Positions 35,503 through 45,391 of a DNA stretch of 64,000 bases are shown piece after piece; position 1 is the first letter of the stretch; each line of letters starts with the position of its first letter. The translations under genes and the position numbers were made by a program. This DNA comes from Pseudomonadota bacterium. Its GTDB lineage: Bacteria > Pseudomonadota > Alphaproteobacteria > Paracaedibacterales > CAITNM01. The notes beneath the pieces were generated by a model. The model ran no database searches, was not told the origin of the DNA, and saw nothing but the letters and a program-made list of their open reading frames with translations. Location of the stretch: contig JAGOSL010000007.1 of the NCBI GenBank assembly GCA_018062345.1, positions 1,598 through 65,597 on the forward strand, in the 5' to 3' direction.

Positions 35503-37166
35503 AAAAATTACAAAAATGGATGCACGCAAACGATGTGCAGGCCTTGCTTGTTCCCCATGAAGATATGTTTGGCGGAGAATATTTAGCGGCTCATGACGAA
35601 CGCCTAGCCTGGGTAAGTAATTTTAATGGAAGCGCAGGTCTTGCAATTATTACGTGCGATCAAGCCCATTTATTTGTAGATGGACGCTACACTCTTCAGG
35701 CAAAAACGCAATCTTCCCATTTTGCAATTCATGACCTAACAGCCAATGCTATTAGTAGCGTTTGCAAAACCTTAAGCACTTTACACTATGACCCCTGGCT
35801 AATGTCAGAAGGACAATTAGATACTTGGAAAACACGTGCAAAAATGCATGCACTAACCCAAAATCCAATCGATTTATTGTGGAGTGATCGACCTCAACCA
35901 AATTATAAGCCGGCTTTCAATTACCCTATTCAATATGCAGGAGTCGCAACCCAGGAAAAACTGAAAATAATTTACAAAGACTTAGATAAGCACAATTGCA
36001 CTGCTTGGTTTTTAAGTAATCCTGAATCAGTTTGTTGGCTATTAAATATTCGCGGGGAGGATTTGCTATACACCCCCTTGTTACAAGCCATGGCGCTTGT
36101 TGAAAAAGAAAACATCACATTATTTTGTGAACCTTCGAAAATTTCAATTGAATTGGCAGCGCAACTCAACCTTAAAGTTAGCCCATTTAAAGACTTGCCT
36201 GATAAACTAAAAACATTAAAGGGTAAAATTATCGCAGATAAACGTACTACACCGTCAGCATTAGGTATTCCATTTAATTGGCAAACTGACCCGTGCGAAC
36301 TCTCCAAAGCTGTCAAAAACCCAATCGAGCAGCAAGGCATGCGTGATTGCCACGCTAGAGACGCAGTTGCATTGATGCGATTTTGGATATGGTTAGAAAA
36401 TCAAGAATCTATAACCGAAATGCAAGCTCAAGACTACCTTGGAACGTGCCGAGAAAAGATAGGATTATATCGAGGCGATAGCTTTGCAACAATTTCAGGA
36501 TTTGGCCCTCACGGAGCGATTGTGCATTACCGAGCAACTACCAAAACGAATATTCCTATCAACAAAGGACTATATTTGCTTGATTCGGGGGGACAATATC
36601 TCGATGGCACAACCGATATTACACGCACTTTTTGTATTGGCCCATCAACACAAGAACAACGCACTCATTATACCTTAGTATTGAAAGGCCACATTGCTCT
36701 AGCAAATGCTTTTTTCCCTGTTGGCACGTCAGGTGCACAACTTGATACTTTAGCGCGCCAATATCTGTGGAATCATGGGCTCGATTATGCCCATGGCACA
36801 GGTCATGGAGTGGGAAGTTTTCTTAACGTGCATGAGGGCCCTCAAGGAGTTAGTAGACTCCGTAACGTTCCCTTGGAAGTAGGCATGGTTGTTTCAAATG
36901 AACCTGGCTTATATATTGAAAATGCCTATGGAATTCGTATTGAGAATTTGCAAATGGTTAAAAAGTCAAAGCATAAAAATTTTTTGTGCTTTGAATCATT
37001 AACTTTAGTTCCTTACGAAGCGTCTCTGATTGAGAAATCTCTGCTTACACAAATGGAAATGGACTGGTTGCAATCTTATTATAAAAATATTTGGACAAAA
37101 ATTTCGCCAATACTGATAAGAAATGAGCAAAAATGGTTAAAAAATAAGCTAGACCAAATATTGTAA
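35454..37166 (+). CDS. pepP: Xaa-Pro aminopeptidase (M24B, long APP1-like form)
   Basis: 570 aa. The C-terminal pita-bread domain has DSGGQYLDGTTDITRT, HGTGHGVGSFLNVHEGP and SNEPGLY. The likely true start is ATG 35481 (MQQRENL...). Confidence 0.85.
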   Translation: MYFFSDGTDMQQRENLKKLQKWMHANDVQALLVPHEDMFGGEYLAAHDERLAWVSNFNGSAGLAIITCDQAHLFVDGRYTLQAKTQSSHFAIHDLTANAISSVCKTLSTLHYDPWLMSEGQLDTWKTRAKMHALTQNPIDLLWSDRPQPNYKPAFNYPIQYAGVATQEKLKIIYKDLDKHNCTAWFLSNPESVCWLLNIRGEDLLYTPLLQAMALVEKENITLFCEPSKISIELAAQLNLKVSPFKDLPDKLKTLKGKIIADKRTTPSALGIPFNWQTDPCELSKAVKNPIEQQGMRDCHARDAVALMRFWIWLENQESITEMQAQDYLGTCREKIGLYRGDSFATISGFGPHGAIVHYRATTKTNIPINKGLYLLDSGGQYLDGTTDITRTFCIGPSTQEQRTHYTLVLKGHIALANAFFPVGTSGAQLDTLARQYLWNHGLDYAHGTGHGVGSFLNVHEGPQGVSRLRNVPLEVGMVVSNEPGLYIENAYGIRIENLQMVKKSKHKNFLCFESLTLVPYEASLIEKSLLTQMEMDWLQSYYKNIWTKISPILIRNEQKWLKNKLDQIL

Positions 37167-37207
37167 AATTTTTTCAAAAACCCTATTGTGAAAAATTTAA
37201 AAGTTTT

Positions 37208-37657
37208 GTGTACTATATGCAGACACTTAACAAATTTGGATCATTAATGAATCAAGAAGTTGAAAATTGTGCACTAGAAGATAGTGAAACATTCATGAAC
37301 CCCAAACAGTTGGAGTACTTCAAAAATAAGCTAATTAATTGGCGTGATCAAATTTTAAAAGAATGCTCTGAGACAATCACCGACCTGCAAGATAACCAGG
37401 TTGAAGCAGATGTTATTGATGCAGCAGCAAAAGAAGCAGATTACAAGCTAACTCTTCGGGCAAGAAACAGAGATTTCAAGCTTCTTAAAAAAATTGAGGA
37501 AGCCCTTCAACGTATTGATAGCGGCACTTACGGATACTGCGAAGAAACTGGCGAACCTATCGGCCTTAAAAGATTAGATGCTCGTCCCATTGCAACACTT
37601 GGCATAGAAGCCCAAGAACGACATGAGAGAGAAGAGCGAACTCATCGAGATATTTAA
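37208..37657 (+). CDS. dksA: RNA polymerase-binding factor DksA with degenerate zinc finger
   Basis: 149 aa. The coiled-coil tip motif DVIDAA is present. The C-terminal GYCEETGEPIGLKRLDARPIATLGIEAQ aligns with E. coli [28 protein letters not shown], but only 1 of 4 Cys is kept. The start is uncertain (GTG 37208, ATG 37217 or 37247). Confidence 0.85.
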   Translation: MYYMQTLNKFGSLMNQEVENCALEDSETFMNPKQLEYFKNKLINWRDQILKECSETITDLQDNQVEADVIDAAAKEADYKLTLRARNRDFKLLKKIEEALQRIDSGTYGYCEETGEPIGLKRLDARPIATLGIEAQERHEREERTHRDI

Positions 37658-37668
37658 AATTTAATTAC

Positions 37669-37728
37669 AAAACTCAGTATCTTGACTAAATGGCTTCATT
37701 TTGGGATACTTAAGTTGTGCTGAGTTTT
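37669..37728 (+). terminator. Possible terminator/structured element after dksA
   Basis: A 9-bp outer stem AAAACTCAG/CTGAGTTTT encloses an inner TATC/GATA helix and is followed by TTTTATTTT. The large interior loop makes this weak. Confidence 0.3.
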
Positions 37729-37755
37729 ATTTTGCAAATGTAGGGGGAAAAGCCA

Positions 37756-39036
37756 TTGCAAGGATTACATCTCTATTACAGGCGTTTAGGCGCAGCTTTT
37801 GGCTTGGTAATGGTCTTGTTTGGATCTTCTCGCGTGTACAAGCGCTACTTCCCTATTGAAAAATCCCCTATACAAGTTTGTGCAAGTCAAGCTGATACAA
37901 GTAAAACTTCGTGTGAACCTGAATTTCTTGAGACCACTCTTACTTTGGGGCAAGGTGGCAGCATACAAAAGCTTTTAACCAGTTTTGGGACAACAAAAGA
38001 AGCAGCACTGAAAATAGCAAAAGTCTATACAGAACATGTGCCCCATAAAAAACTAAAATCAGGACAAGCTTTCAATGTACGTTACAAAAAATTAGACCAA
38101 GGTGTAGAAATTGAATCTTTCAATTCTCAGCTTTGCGTAGATCAAAAAATTATTATCACCAAGGCAGAAGGTGATTATGTTAGTAAATCTCTGAAAATCA
38201 ACTTAACTCCCGTTGTCCATGTTTTTGAGGGTAATGTACGTTCTAGCTTTTATAGTGCAGCTTTAAAGGCAGGTGTTCCATCACGGCTTGTACAAGAGGC
38301 AGCTGACGTTTTAAGTTACGTTGTAAACTTCCAACACGGAATAAAAGCAGGATCTAGTTTTAAGATTTTGTGCGATGCTTTAAGAAATGATGAAGGTAAG
38401 ATTGTTAAAATCCAGCAACTACGGTTTGTTTCATTACAAACAGGCGGGCAGACTCATGAACTTTTTGCATTCAATGAAAATGGAAAGGTTCGTTTTTTTG
38501 ATACAAGAGGTAATAGCGTAGTGCGCTCCCTTTTGCAAACACCATTAAACGCAACTAAGTTATGCGTTACTTCAGGATTCGGTATGAGAAGGCACCCTAT
38601 TCACGGATTTAGCCACAAGCATAAGGGGGTAGATTTTGGTGCTGCAAGCGGAACGCCAGTACTTGCTGCTGGCGAAGGACGCGTTGTTTCTTGCGGGTGG
38701 TATGGTGGCTATGGCAACCATGTAAAAATACGTCATCAAGGTGGTTACGAAACTCTTTATGGACATTTAAAATATATTAACAAAGGCATTAGACCAGGGG
38801 TTCTTGTGTCACAGCGTCAACTTCTAGGCGGCGTAGGCATGACGGGGAGTGCAACTGGTCCACATTTGCATTTTGAAGTGATTCTTAACGGGCGCCATAT
38901 TAACCCCATGAAGGTTCAAGGCCTTCCAACTTTCAAACTTACTGGGAATTCTTTGAAAAAATTTGAGGCTGCAAAGCTAAAAACTCAAAGTGAAATGGTA
39001 AGCTTTATACAAACAAAATCCGTAGTTGCTGAATAA
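37756..39036 (+). CDS. M23-family (LytM-type) peptidoglycan metalloendopeptidase
   Basis: 426 aa with a TTG start and an N-terminal TM. It has M23 motifs HKGVDFGAASGTPVLAAGEG, YGHL and GSATGPHLHFEV. Confidence 0.88.
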   Translation: MQGLHLYYRRLGAAFGLVMVLFGSSRVYKRYFPIEKSPIQVCASQADTSKTSCEPEFLETTLTLGQGGSIQKLLTSFGTTKEAALKIAKVYTEHVPHKKLKSGQAFNVRYKKLDQGVEIESFNSQLCVDQKIIITKAEGDYVSKSLKINLTPVVHVFEGNVRSSFYSAALKAGVPSRLVQEAADVLSYVVNFQHGIKAGSSFKILCDALRNDEGKIVKIQQLRFVSLQTGGQTHELFAFNENGKVRFFDTRGNSVVRSLLQTPLNATKLCVTSGFGMRRHPIHGFSHKHKGVDFGAASGTPVLAAGEGRVVSCGWYGGYGNHVKIRHQGGYETLYGHLKYINKGIRPGVLVSQRQLLGGVGMTGSATGPHLHFEVILNGRHINPMKVQGLPTFKLTGNSLKKFEAAKLKTQSEMVSFIQTKSVVAE

Positions 39037-39057
39037 TTTCTTTCTTATTTTTAATGA

Positions 39058-39954
39058 TTGGGGCAGATGATGAAACTACCTATGGTTACCGTAATGTTTA
39101 CAGCTTGTTTCTTTTGGAACTTGCATACGGCTTGTGAGGAAGAACGCATGATAGAAAATCCTTATGTTTTAACAACTGGTAGGAAAGCAAAAGAAACCCT
39201 TGATCTGCAACACGCACTTTTTGCTGAGAAATCTTACCAACATTTAGCTGAAGCTGAACTATCCGAAGGGCAAACAGTATATGATATAGGGTGCGGCAGC
39301 GGTGTAATGACCGAGTATTTAGCCAGTGTAGTTGGTAAAGAAGGTCATGTTTACGCTTTGGATATCAGTCCTGATCAGGTGAATGTTACTCGGACCCGCA
39401 TTAAGGAGGCTGGTCTTTCAAACGCAACATTTATAATTGGTGACATAGCAACTACCGATTTACCGGAAGGTGAAGCCGATATAGTTTATACGCGTTTCCT
39501 TTTAATGCATCAACGAGATGCACTAAGAGCAATTAAAAAAATGAAATCCCTTTTAAAGCGTGGAGGCGTATTGGTTTTAGAAGAATCTGTTATGAGTTCG
39601 TCGCATTTTTCCGAAGGGTGCCCTGAATTTGATGCTTATGTAAAAGCTACCTGTGATTTAGGGAAAAGTAGAGGCGTGAATTTTGATATTGGTTACCAGT
39701 TGAAACAGCTATGCGAAGAAGTAGAATTTGACCAAATTTTATCAAGCTCTGTTGAATTCAAATTGCAGACTAATAAAGCTGCGCTGATTTTTCTTGCACG
39801 AATTGATGAGCTGCGAGATGGAATTATTAGCGCGGGGCTAGCTACATCTGAGCAAGTTGATGTTTGGAAAGAAGCTATTGGCAAAGCTTTTGCTGAAACG
39901 GGCACTAGCTCTTACGTGAGATCTATACAAGGCCATATTTTAGCTTGGAAGTAA
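39058..39954 (+). CDS. Class I SAM-dependent methyltransferase
   Basis: 298-aa ORF with SAM motif I VYDIGCGSGVMTEYL and motif II DIVYTRFLL. ATG 39148 (MIENPY...), preceded by GAGGAAG, is a more likely start than 39058. Confidence 0.8.
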   Translation: MGQMMKLPMVTVMFTACFFWNLHTACEEERMIENPYVLTTGRKAKETLDLQHALFAEKSYQHLAEAELSEGQTVYDIGCGSGVMTEYLASVVGKEGHVYALDISPDQVNVTRTRIKEAGLSNATFIIGDIATTDLPEGEADIVYTRFLLMHQRDALRAIKKMKSLLKRGGVLVLEESVMSSSHFSEGCPEFDAYVKATCDLGKSRGVNFDIGYQLKQLCEEVEFDQILSSSVEFKLQTNKAALIFLARIDELRDGIISAGLATSEQVDVWKEAIGKAFAETGTSSYVRSIQGHILAWK

Positions 39955-39972
39955 ATCAAAAATTATACTACC

Positions 39973-41400
39973 TTACTGCAAATTCCCAAATTTTGTATAT
40001 CTACCATCAAAGAAGAGCTTCACTGTTCCAACAGGACCGTGACGCTGTTTTGCTATAATGATTTCTGCTTGATTTTGCACCTTTGACATTCGCTGCTGCC
40101 ATTCAAGATGCTTATCTGTACCGATTGGTGGTTCTTTTCGCGCTTCATAGTACTCATCACGGTAAATAAACATCACTACATCGGCATCTTGCTCAATTGA
40201 TCCTGATTCACGCAAATCTGCAAGTTGAGGTCTTTTATCTTCACGCTGTTCTACGGCGCGAGATAACTGAGAAAGCGCAATTACAGGAACATTTAGTTCT
40301 TTTGCTAGGGCCTTTAAGCCACGCGAAATATCAGAAATTTCTTGAACGCGATTATCTCCACCGCGGCTTTTACCACTACCTTCTAACAACTGCAAATAAT
40401 CGACTACAATTAGCCCAATACCATGCTGGCGTTGCAAGCGGCGCGCACGATTACGAAGTGCTGTGACTGTTAAAGCGGGAGTGTCGTCAATAAACAATCC
40501 CAAATTCTCAATTAATCGGCTTGCTGTTACTAAATTGGGAAATTCATCTGCTTTAATTTCACCACGGCGAATACGGTCAGATGATATTTTTGATTGAGTA
40601 GATAAAATACGAGTAGCTAATTGTTCTGCTGACATTTCTAGGGAAAAAAATGCAACGTTTGCCCCTTCTTTAGGATTTTCTAAAAACGCCTTAGCCGCAT
40701 TAAAAGCGATATTGGTTCCAAGGACTGTTTTTCCCATGGAAGGGCGTCCTGCAACAATTAATAGGTCGGATGGATGTAAACCGCCTAACCATTTATCAAT
40801 ATCCATTAATCCTGTCGTTACGCCTACAATTGCACTTTCTCTGCGATAAGCAATCTCTGCCATTTTCACAGCTTCTGTTAGTGCTGTTTTAAAACTAACC
40901 GCACCGCGGGTTGTGTCTCCTCGGCTAGCAAGATCATAAAGATGCTTTTCAGCATTTTCAATTTTCTCCATAGCCGTATTCTCTGATTTCACATCATGCG
41001 CATCACGCATAATTGTATCGCCAATTGATGATAAACTTCTTCGCAAATAAAATTCATGAATCATTCGCCCATAGTCACGTACACTAACTGTACTAGAAAC
41101 GCCGGCAGCTAGATCTACAAGGTAACCAACTCCACCCGCTTCCTGCATCAACTGATCACCCTCTAACAGAGGCTTTAAAGTGATGGGATCCGCAACTTGT
41201 GAACGGTCAACAAGCCTTGCTATAACCTCATAAATAGCTTTGTGCAAAGGGTGAGAAAAGTGTTCAGGCCTTAAAAATTCATTAACCGCTTCAAAAGCCT
41301 GATTATTAAGCATTAACGCGCCTAGCAATGACTGCTCTGCCTCTAAATTATGTAATGCTTGAACTTCTTGCTGTTTTTCAAAGGCCAAAACTTGAGCCAT
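39973..41400 (-). CDS. dnaB: Replicative DNA helicase
   Basis: 475 aa with N-terminal EAEQSLLGALMLNN, Walker A GRPSMGKT, DYLQLL and the IIAKQRHGPVGTV arginine-finger region. Confidence 0.95.
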   Translation of the reverse strand: MAQVLAFEKQQEVQALHNLEAEQSLLGALMLNNQAFEAVNEFLRPEHFSHPLHKAIYEVIARLVDRSQVADPITLKPLLEGDQLMQEAGGVGYLVDLAAGVSSTVSVRDYGRMIHEFYLRRSLSSIGDTIMRDAHDVKSENTAMEKIENAEKHLYDLASRGDTTRGAVSFKTALTEAVKMAEIAYRRESAIVGVTTGLMDIDKWLGGLHPSDLLIVAGRPSMGKTVLGTNIAFNAAKAFLENPKEGANVAFFSLEMSAEQLATRILSTQSKISSDRIRRGEIKADEFPNLVTASRLIENLGLFIDDTPALTVTALRNRARRLQRQHGIGLIVVDYLQLLEGSGKSRGGDNRVQEISDISRGLKALAKELNVPVIALSQLSRAVEQREDKRPQLADLRESGSIEQDADVVMFIYRDEYYEARKEPPIGTDKHLEWQQRMSKVQNQAEIIIAKQRHGPVGTVKLFFDGRYTKFGNLQ

Positions 41401-41504
41401 GGTGACATTCTCCTGATTGGCTAAAAAGATACCATAGCTAAACAGTATTTACCAACTATTAAGACTATCCTTTTATACTAGAAAAAACATAATCTTCCAA
41501 TCAA

Positions 41505-42734
41505 ATGTATTTTTTTATTATTTTTTGTTTGGCAATACAATGTGGTTGGGCTAGTTATCATCATTCTCACCGCTCTTCATATGGATCAACATACAAACAT
41601 AATAATTATAGCAATCATAAAAATTCAGATAGCCCTGACAAAATGTTATTAAGTATTGAAAGGGTCGATACCCGCATAGAAAATTTTCTGCGTTCCCCAA
41701 GAGAAACAGAAGATGGAATAGAACCGATCTGGTATAAACTTGATGAAGATAATAATGTGTTAAGGGAAAGAAATTTTCAAAATAACGTACTTCGAATCTT
41801 ACTAGAACAATTGACTGAACAGTTTCATGAGTCTGAAGAAAATCGCTCAGACATGGTAAAGGGCATTTTAGATTTTTTGAATGAGTTTATCAAAGAAAGA
41901 TTCATTCCTGGCGCCTATCATGATGCGATAAAAAAAATATTCAATTTTGCAAAAGACTTACAATATAAACCCGCGTTAAATGTAACCAATATTGTTTTTG
42001 ATGAGCTATCAACAGATGCACAAACAGCTTTTCGCGATGGAGTACGAGTACAAACTAGTGGGTTTACTCGATCACGAAATAGTAAAAGTTCTGAATCTGT
42101 ATATGCTGATCCAATTCTTGTAGAAATTTTATTCATGCAGCTTGTCTGGGATGCACAAAAACGTAATAGCACACGCCAAAAACTACTCGATTCTATCGAA
42201 GCAGATATGAGCAGAATCGAAAATTTATTTGGTGACGACCCTGCCTATACAATAGTTGGAAGTTTTTCAAATTTGCGTTCATCCATTGTGCAAGCTGCTG
42301 AAGAAGAGTCTCCTCTTCCTGCTTTGATAAAATACATCATCAGCCTTGTAAAAAATTCAAAGAATGAAAAAAAAGATATAGAAGATAAATATAAGGAATT
42401 TCTTGAAGATAAAGCCTCTGATCAATGGAAAATAATAACCAAAACAAAAGCAAAACCTGCAATTTCAATCTGGAAGAAAAAAGAGGCCCCCCCTCAAGAA
42501 AATGAAAACGCAAAAGCAAAAAAGGAAAAGAAAAAAAAGAAAAAGGCTTTAGTAAAAAAGCTAGAAGGGGATGCCATCAATTCAGTCAAAACCAAAGGTT
42601 TATCCACCGATGCCTTCAAAGACATTATGAATGATGTTTTAGGAAATGTCAGCAAACTCGGCGGTGGTGGCAGTAGTTTAGAAAATGTTAGTAAACTCGG
42701 TGGAGAGAATTTACTAGGCAGCCTATTAGGCTAA
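41505..42734 (+). CDS. Hypothetical secreted protein with lysine-rich (NLS-like) C-terminal region
   Basis: 409 aa with signal peptide MYFFIIFCLAIQCGWAS. It contains KAKKEKKKKKKALVKK and a short tandem NVSKLGGGGSSLENVSKLGGEN. No recognisable domain. Confidence 0.6.
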   Translation: MYFFIIFCLAIQCGWASYHHSHRSSYGSTYKHNNYSNHKNSDSPDKMLLSIERVDTRIENFLRSPRETEDGIEPIWYKLDEDNNVLRERNFQNNVLRILLEQLTEQFHESEENRSDMVKGILDFLNEFIKERFIPGAYHDAIKKIFNFAKDLQYKPALNVTNIVFDELSTDAQTAFRDGVRVQTSGFTRSRNSKSSESVYADPILVEILFMQLVWDAQKRNSTRQKLLDSIEADMSRIENLFGDDPAYTIVGSFSNLRSSIVQAAEEESPLPALIKYIISLVKNSKNEKKDIEDKYKEFLEDKASDQWKIITKTKAKPAISIWKKKEAPPQENENAKAKKEKKKKKKALVKKLEGDAINSVKTKGLSTDAFKDIMNDVLGNVSKLGGGGSSLENVSKLGGENLLGSLLG

Positions 42735-42738
42735 CCTA

Positions 42739-43974
42739 TTACCGGATCTGTACCAAACAATGTTGCTTTTTGCCTAGTGATATCTTCACTGGTGTCGCTC
42801 GCAAAGCTAGAACATCAATTTCTTGTCTGGCATCCATGACTTGCTCACCGTTGATGCGCAATCCTCCCCCTTGAGCAAGACGTTTTGCTTCACCTTTACT
42901 TGCACACAAACCTGATATGACCAATATATTTTCCAAAGTTGGAGTATCAATTTGAGATTCTTCTATCCACCTGGTCGGAAGATTTGCATCACTTCCTGAG
43001 CCAAAAGCGGCCTGAGCCTGAGCATGAATTTCTTGCAAAACGCTACTACCATGACACATTGCCGTTGCAGCATCGGCTAATGCGACCTTTGCCTCATTCA
43101 GCTTTTCTCCTGTTAGAGCGGCATATTTTGCTATATCATCTACCGAAAAATCTGTAAAAATTTTCATATAGCGAATGACATCTGCATCATCAGTATTACG
43201 CCAAAATTGCCAATAATCAAAAGGGCTCAACATATCACTATTTAGCCAAACAGCTCCTTTCGCGGTTTTACCCATTTTTGCACCGCTTGCTGTAGTAATT
43301 AGTGGACTTGTCAAGCCAAACACTGACTTTCCAAGAACTCGTCGTGTTAGCTCAACACCGTTTACAATGTTTCCCCATTGATCAGAGCCCCCCATTTGCA
43401 ACACACAGTTGTATTTTTTAAAAAGCTCCATAAAATCGTAGGCTTGCAAAATCATGTAATTGAATTCAAGAAACGATAGGGGTTGCTCACGATCAAGGCG
43501 TGCTTTAACACTATCAAAGCTGAGCATACGATTAATAGAGAAATGCCTGCCGTAATCTTTTAAAAAATCAATATAATTAACGTCAGATAGCCAATCCGCG
43601 TTGTTAACCAGCACAGCATCGTTTGCCCCATTACCAAATTTCAAGAATTTTGAAAAACTATCTTTTATACCAACAATATTTTTGGCGATTGTTTCATCGC
43701 TGTTTTGTTGGCGCATCTCGTCTTTACCGGTAGGATCTCCCACTTGAGCAGTCGCACCACCTATTAATATAATAGGTTTATGTCCATGGCGTTGTAGCAA
43801 GCGCAATTTCATGATTTGACTAAGATTTCCCACGTGCAAACTACTAGCAGTTGGGTCAAAACCAATATAGGCAACAACTGGCTTATTAGACAACAAACTA
43901 TCTAGAGCTTCTAAATCAGTTGCTTGAAATAACAATCCTCTAGATTGTAGATCTTGCAAAAAAGGACTTTTCAT
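42739..43974 (-). CDS. tyrS: Tyrosine--tRNA ligase
   Basis: 411 aa with HIGH-type HVGNL, KMSKS-type KMGKT and a C-terminal S4-like domain. Confidence 0.93.
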   Translation of the reverse strand: MKSPFLQDLQSRGLLFQATDLEALDSLLSNKPVVAYIGFDPTASSLHVGNLSQIMKLRLLQRHGHKPIILIGGATAQVGDPTGKDEMRQQNSDETIAKNIVGIKDSFSKFLKFGNGANDAVLVNNADWLSDVNYIDFLKDYGRHFSINRMLSFDSVKARLDREQPLSFLEFNYMILQAYDFMELFKKYNCVLQMGGSDQWGNIVNGVELTRRVLGKSVFGLTSPLITTASGAKMGKTAKGAVWLNSDMLSPFDYWQFWRNTDDADVIRYMKIFTDFSVDDIAKYAALTGEKLNEAKVALADAATAMCHGSSVLQEIHAQAQAAFGSGSDANLPTRWIEESQIDTPTLENILVISGLCASKGEAKRLAQGGGLRINGEQVMDARQEIDVLALRATPVKISLGKKQHCLVQIR

Positions 43975-44117
43975 AAAAATATTTAGTGTAAATTTTTTAA
44001 AACTATAGCAGGGGAAAGAATATTTTTTCTAGTGTCTGAGCGCACTTTAAAGCAGCAAAAAACCAAAATACTAGAAATAAAAGCTTTAGTTATAGTTAGG
44101 ATTTTATTTATTTTTTT

Positions 44118-45314
44118 CTATGCCCAGCCTTTGTATTGGGCATGATAATGAGAGGCGATATCTTCCCATTGATTCACAGAAGCTTGCATTACTGCTTTTA
44201 TTGCAGCACTTCTTTGTGATTCGTCCAAGATTTTTGACAAATATTCCACCCATATTCTTGCCATCGTCATTTTGTCATTTCGGTCTGTTATTTCATTTTC
44301 TATGTAGCCACGGGCTTCATTTTTAATTTCTACATTCTTAATCTCTGATAAAATTTTCCACCAAGAAGTTGTTTTTTGAGCTGGTGATGAAGTTCTTTCA
44401 ACAAAATCCAGCGCATTTGTTTTTGATAATCGTAACCATTCTTTTGCTAATGGCTCTTTGCTATAAAAAGAGACTCTTCTCACAGCAGAAGCCGCTCTAT
44501 TTTGCACTTTTTCATCAGTTATTTGAGAGAGGTATTCAGCCCATATTTTCGCTATTAATTCTTTGCTTTCATGCGTTTGTTCATCATTCACATCGGCAAT
44601 TGCTTTATTTCGTATAGAACCTGCCGGAATTCTTGTAAAAAACTCTAACCACAGCCGAGCTTGGCACTGTTTATCTTCCGCTGAAACCCTTCGCACTTGA
44701 TTTGCTGCTTCATGACGATCTACCACACTTTCGATTTTTGATAGATATTCTAACCAAGCAAATGCAAGTTCTTTTTTATCCTCTGATGTTTTAGCTGCAC
44801 CTACAAAATTCTCTGCTTCTCTTCTTATTTGCGTGTCTTGAATTTTTGACAGGTATGAATATGCCTGCGCTGTTGAGTATTGATCATTTGCAGTTAAAAT
44901 CGGATTAGCTGATATTGCTAAACGCCGTGTAGACGAAGGTCTCTTAAGATTTCCCAAATTTCGAGGAACCCTAGTGATATAGCTGCTAGCAGAATCTTTC
45001 GAACTTGATGTATTTGTAGAACTGATACTATTTTTAGGCGAAGAAGTAGGAGTACTGCTTGAAGAATATTCCGTAGATGCTTGAGATTCTAAACCTATTG
45101 GGGAAAGGCGCTTATTAAAACCAGGAGTAGAAGTGCGAGAAAATTCAGCAGTTTTAGGCCTGAATTCTTGATTTGGAAGTTTTTTCCCAAATATACCAGC
45201 CGATTTCACTTTTTCACGGAAACGATTTTGAAAAGTTGATTGAGAATCAGAAGCTGCTGTGGCAAAAGCATTGAAACAAAATACCCCTACCAGAAAATAT
45301 ATTAGGAAAATCAT
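44118..45314 (-). CDS. Hypothetical secreted protein: Ser/Thr-rich linker + ~7 novel ~36-aa helical repeats
   Basis: 398 aa with signal peptide MIFLIYFLVGVFCFNAFATAAS and the low-complexity stretch STEYSSSSTPTSSPKNSISSTNTSSSKDSASS. Repeats follow: AYSYLSKIQD.., AWLEYLSKIES.., LWLEFFTRIPA.., IWAEYLSQITD.., WWKILSEIKN.., IWVEYLSKILD.. Confidence 0.6.
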   Translation of the reverse strand: MIFLIYFLVGVFCFNAFATAASDSQSTFQNRFREKVKSAGIFGKKLPNQEFRPKTAEFSRTSTPGFNKRLSPIGLESQASTEYSSSSTPTSSPKNSISSTNTSSSKDSASSYITRVPRNLGNLKRPSSTRRLAISANPILTANDQYSTAQAYSYLSKIQDTQIRREAENFVGAAKTSEDKKELAFAWLEYLSKIESVVDRHEAANQVRRVSAEDKQCQARLWLEFFTRIPAGSIRNKAIADVNDEQTHESKELIAKIWAEYLSQITDEKVQNRAASAVRRVSFYSKEPLAKEWLRLSKTNALDFVERTSSPAQKTTSWWKILSEIKNVEIKNEARGYIENEITDRNDKMTMARIWVEYLSKILDESQRSAAIKAVMQASVNQWEDIASHYHAQYKGWA

Positions 45315-45391
45315 TTATCCACATGCTGTTCTTAGAAAACACCATATTTATATTACGAATTAAACAATAATAAATGATTAATATTTAAAAA

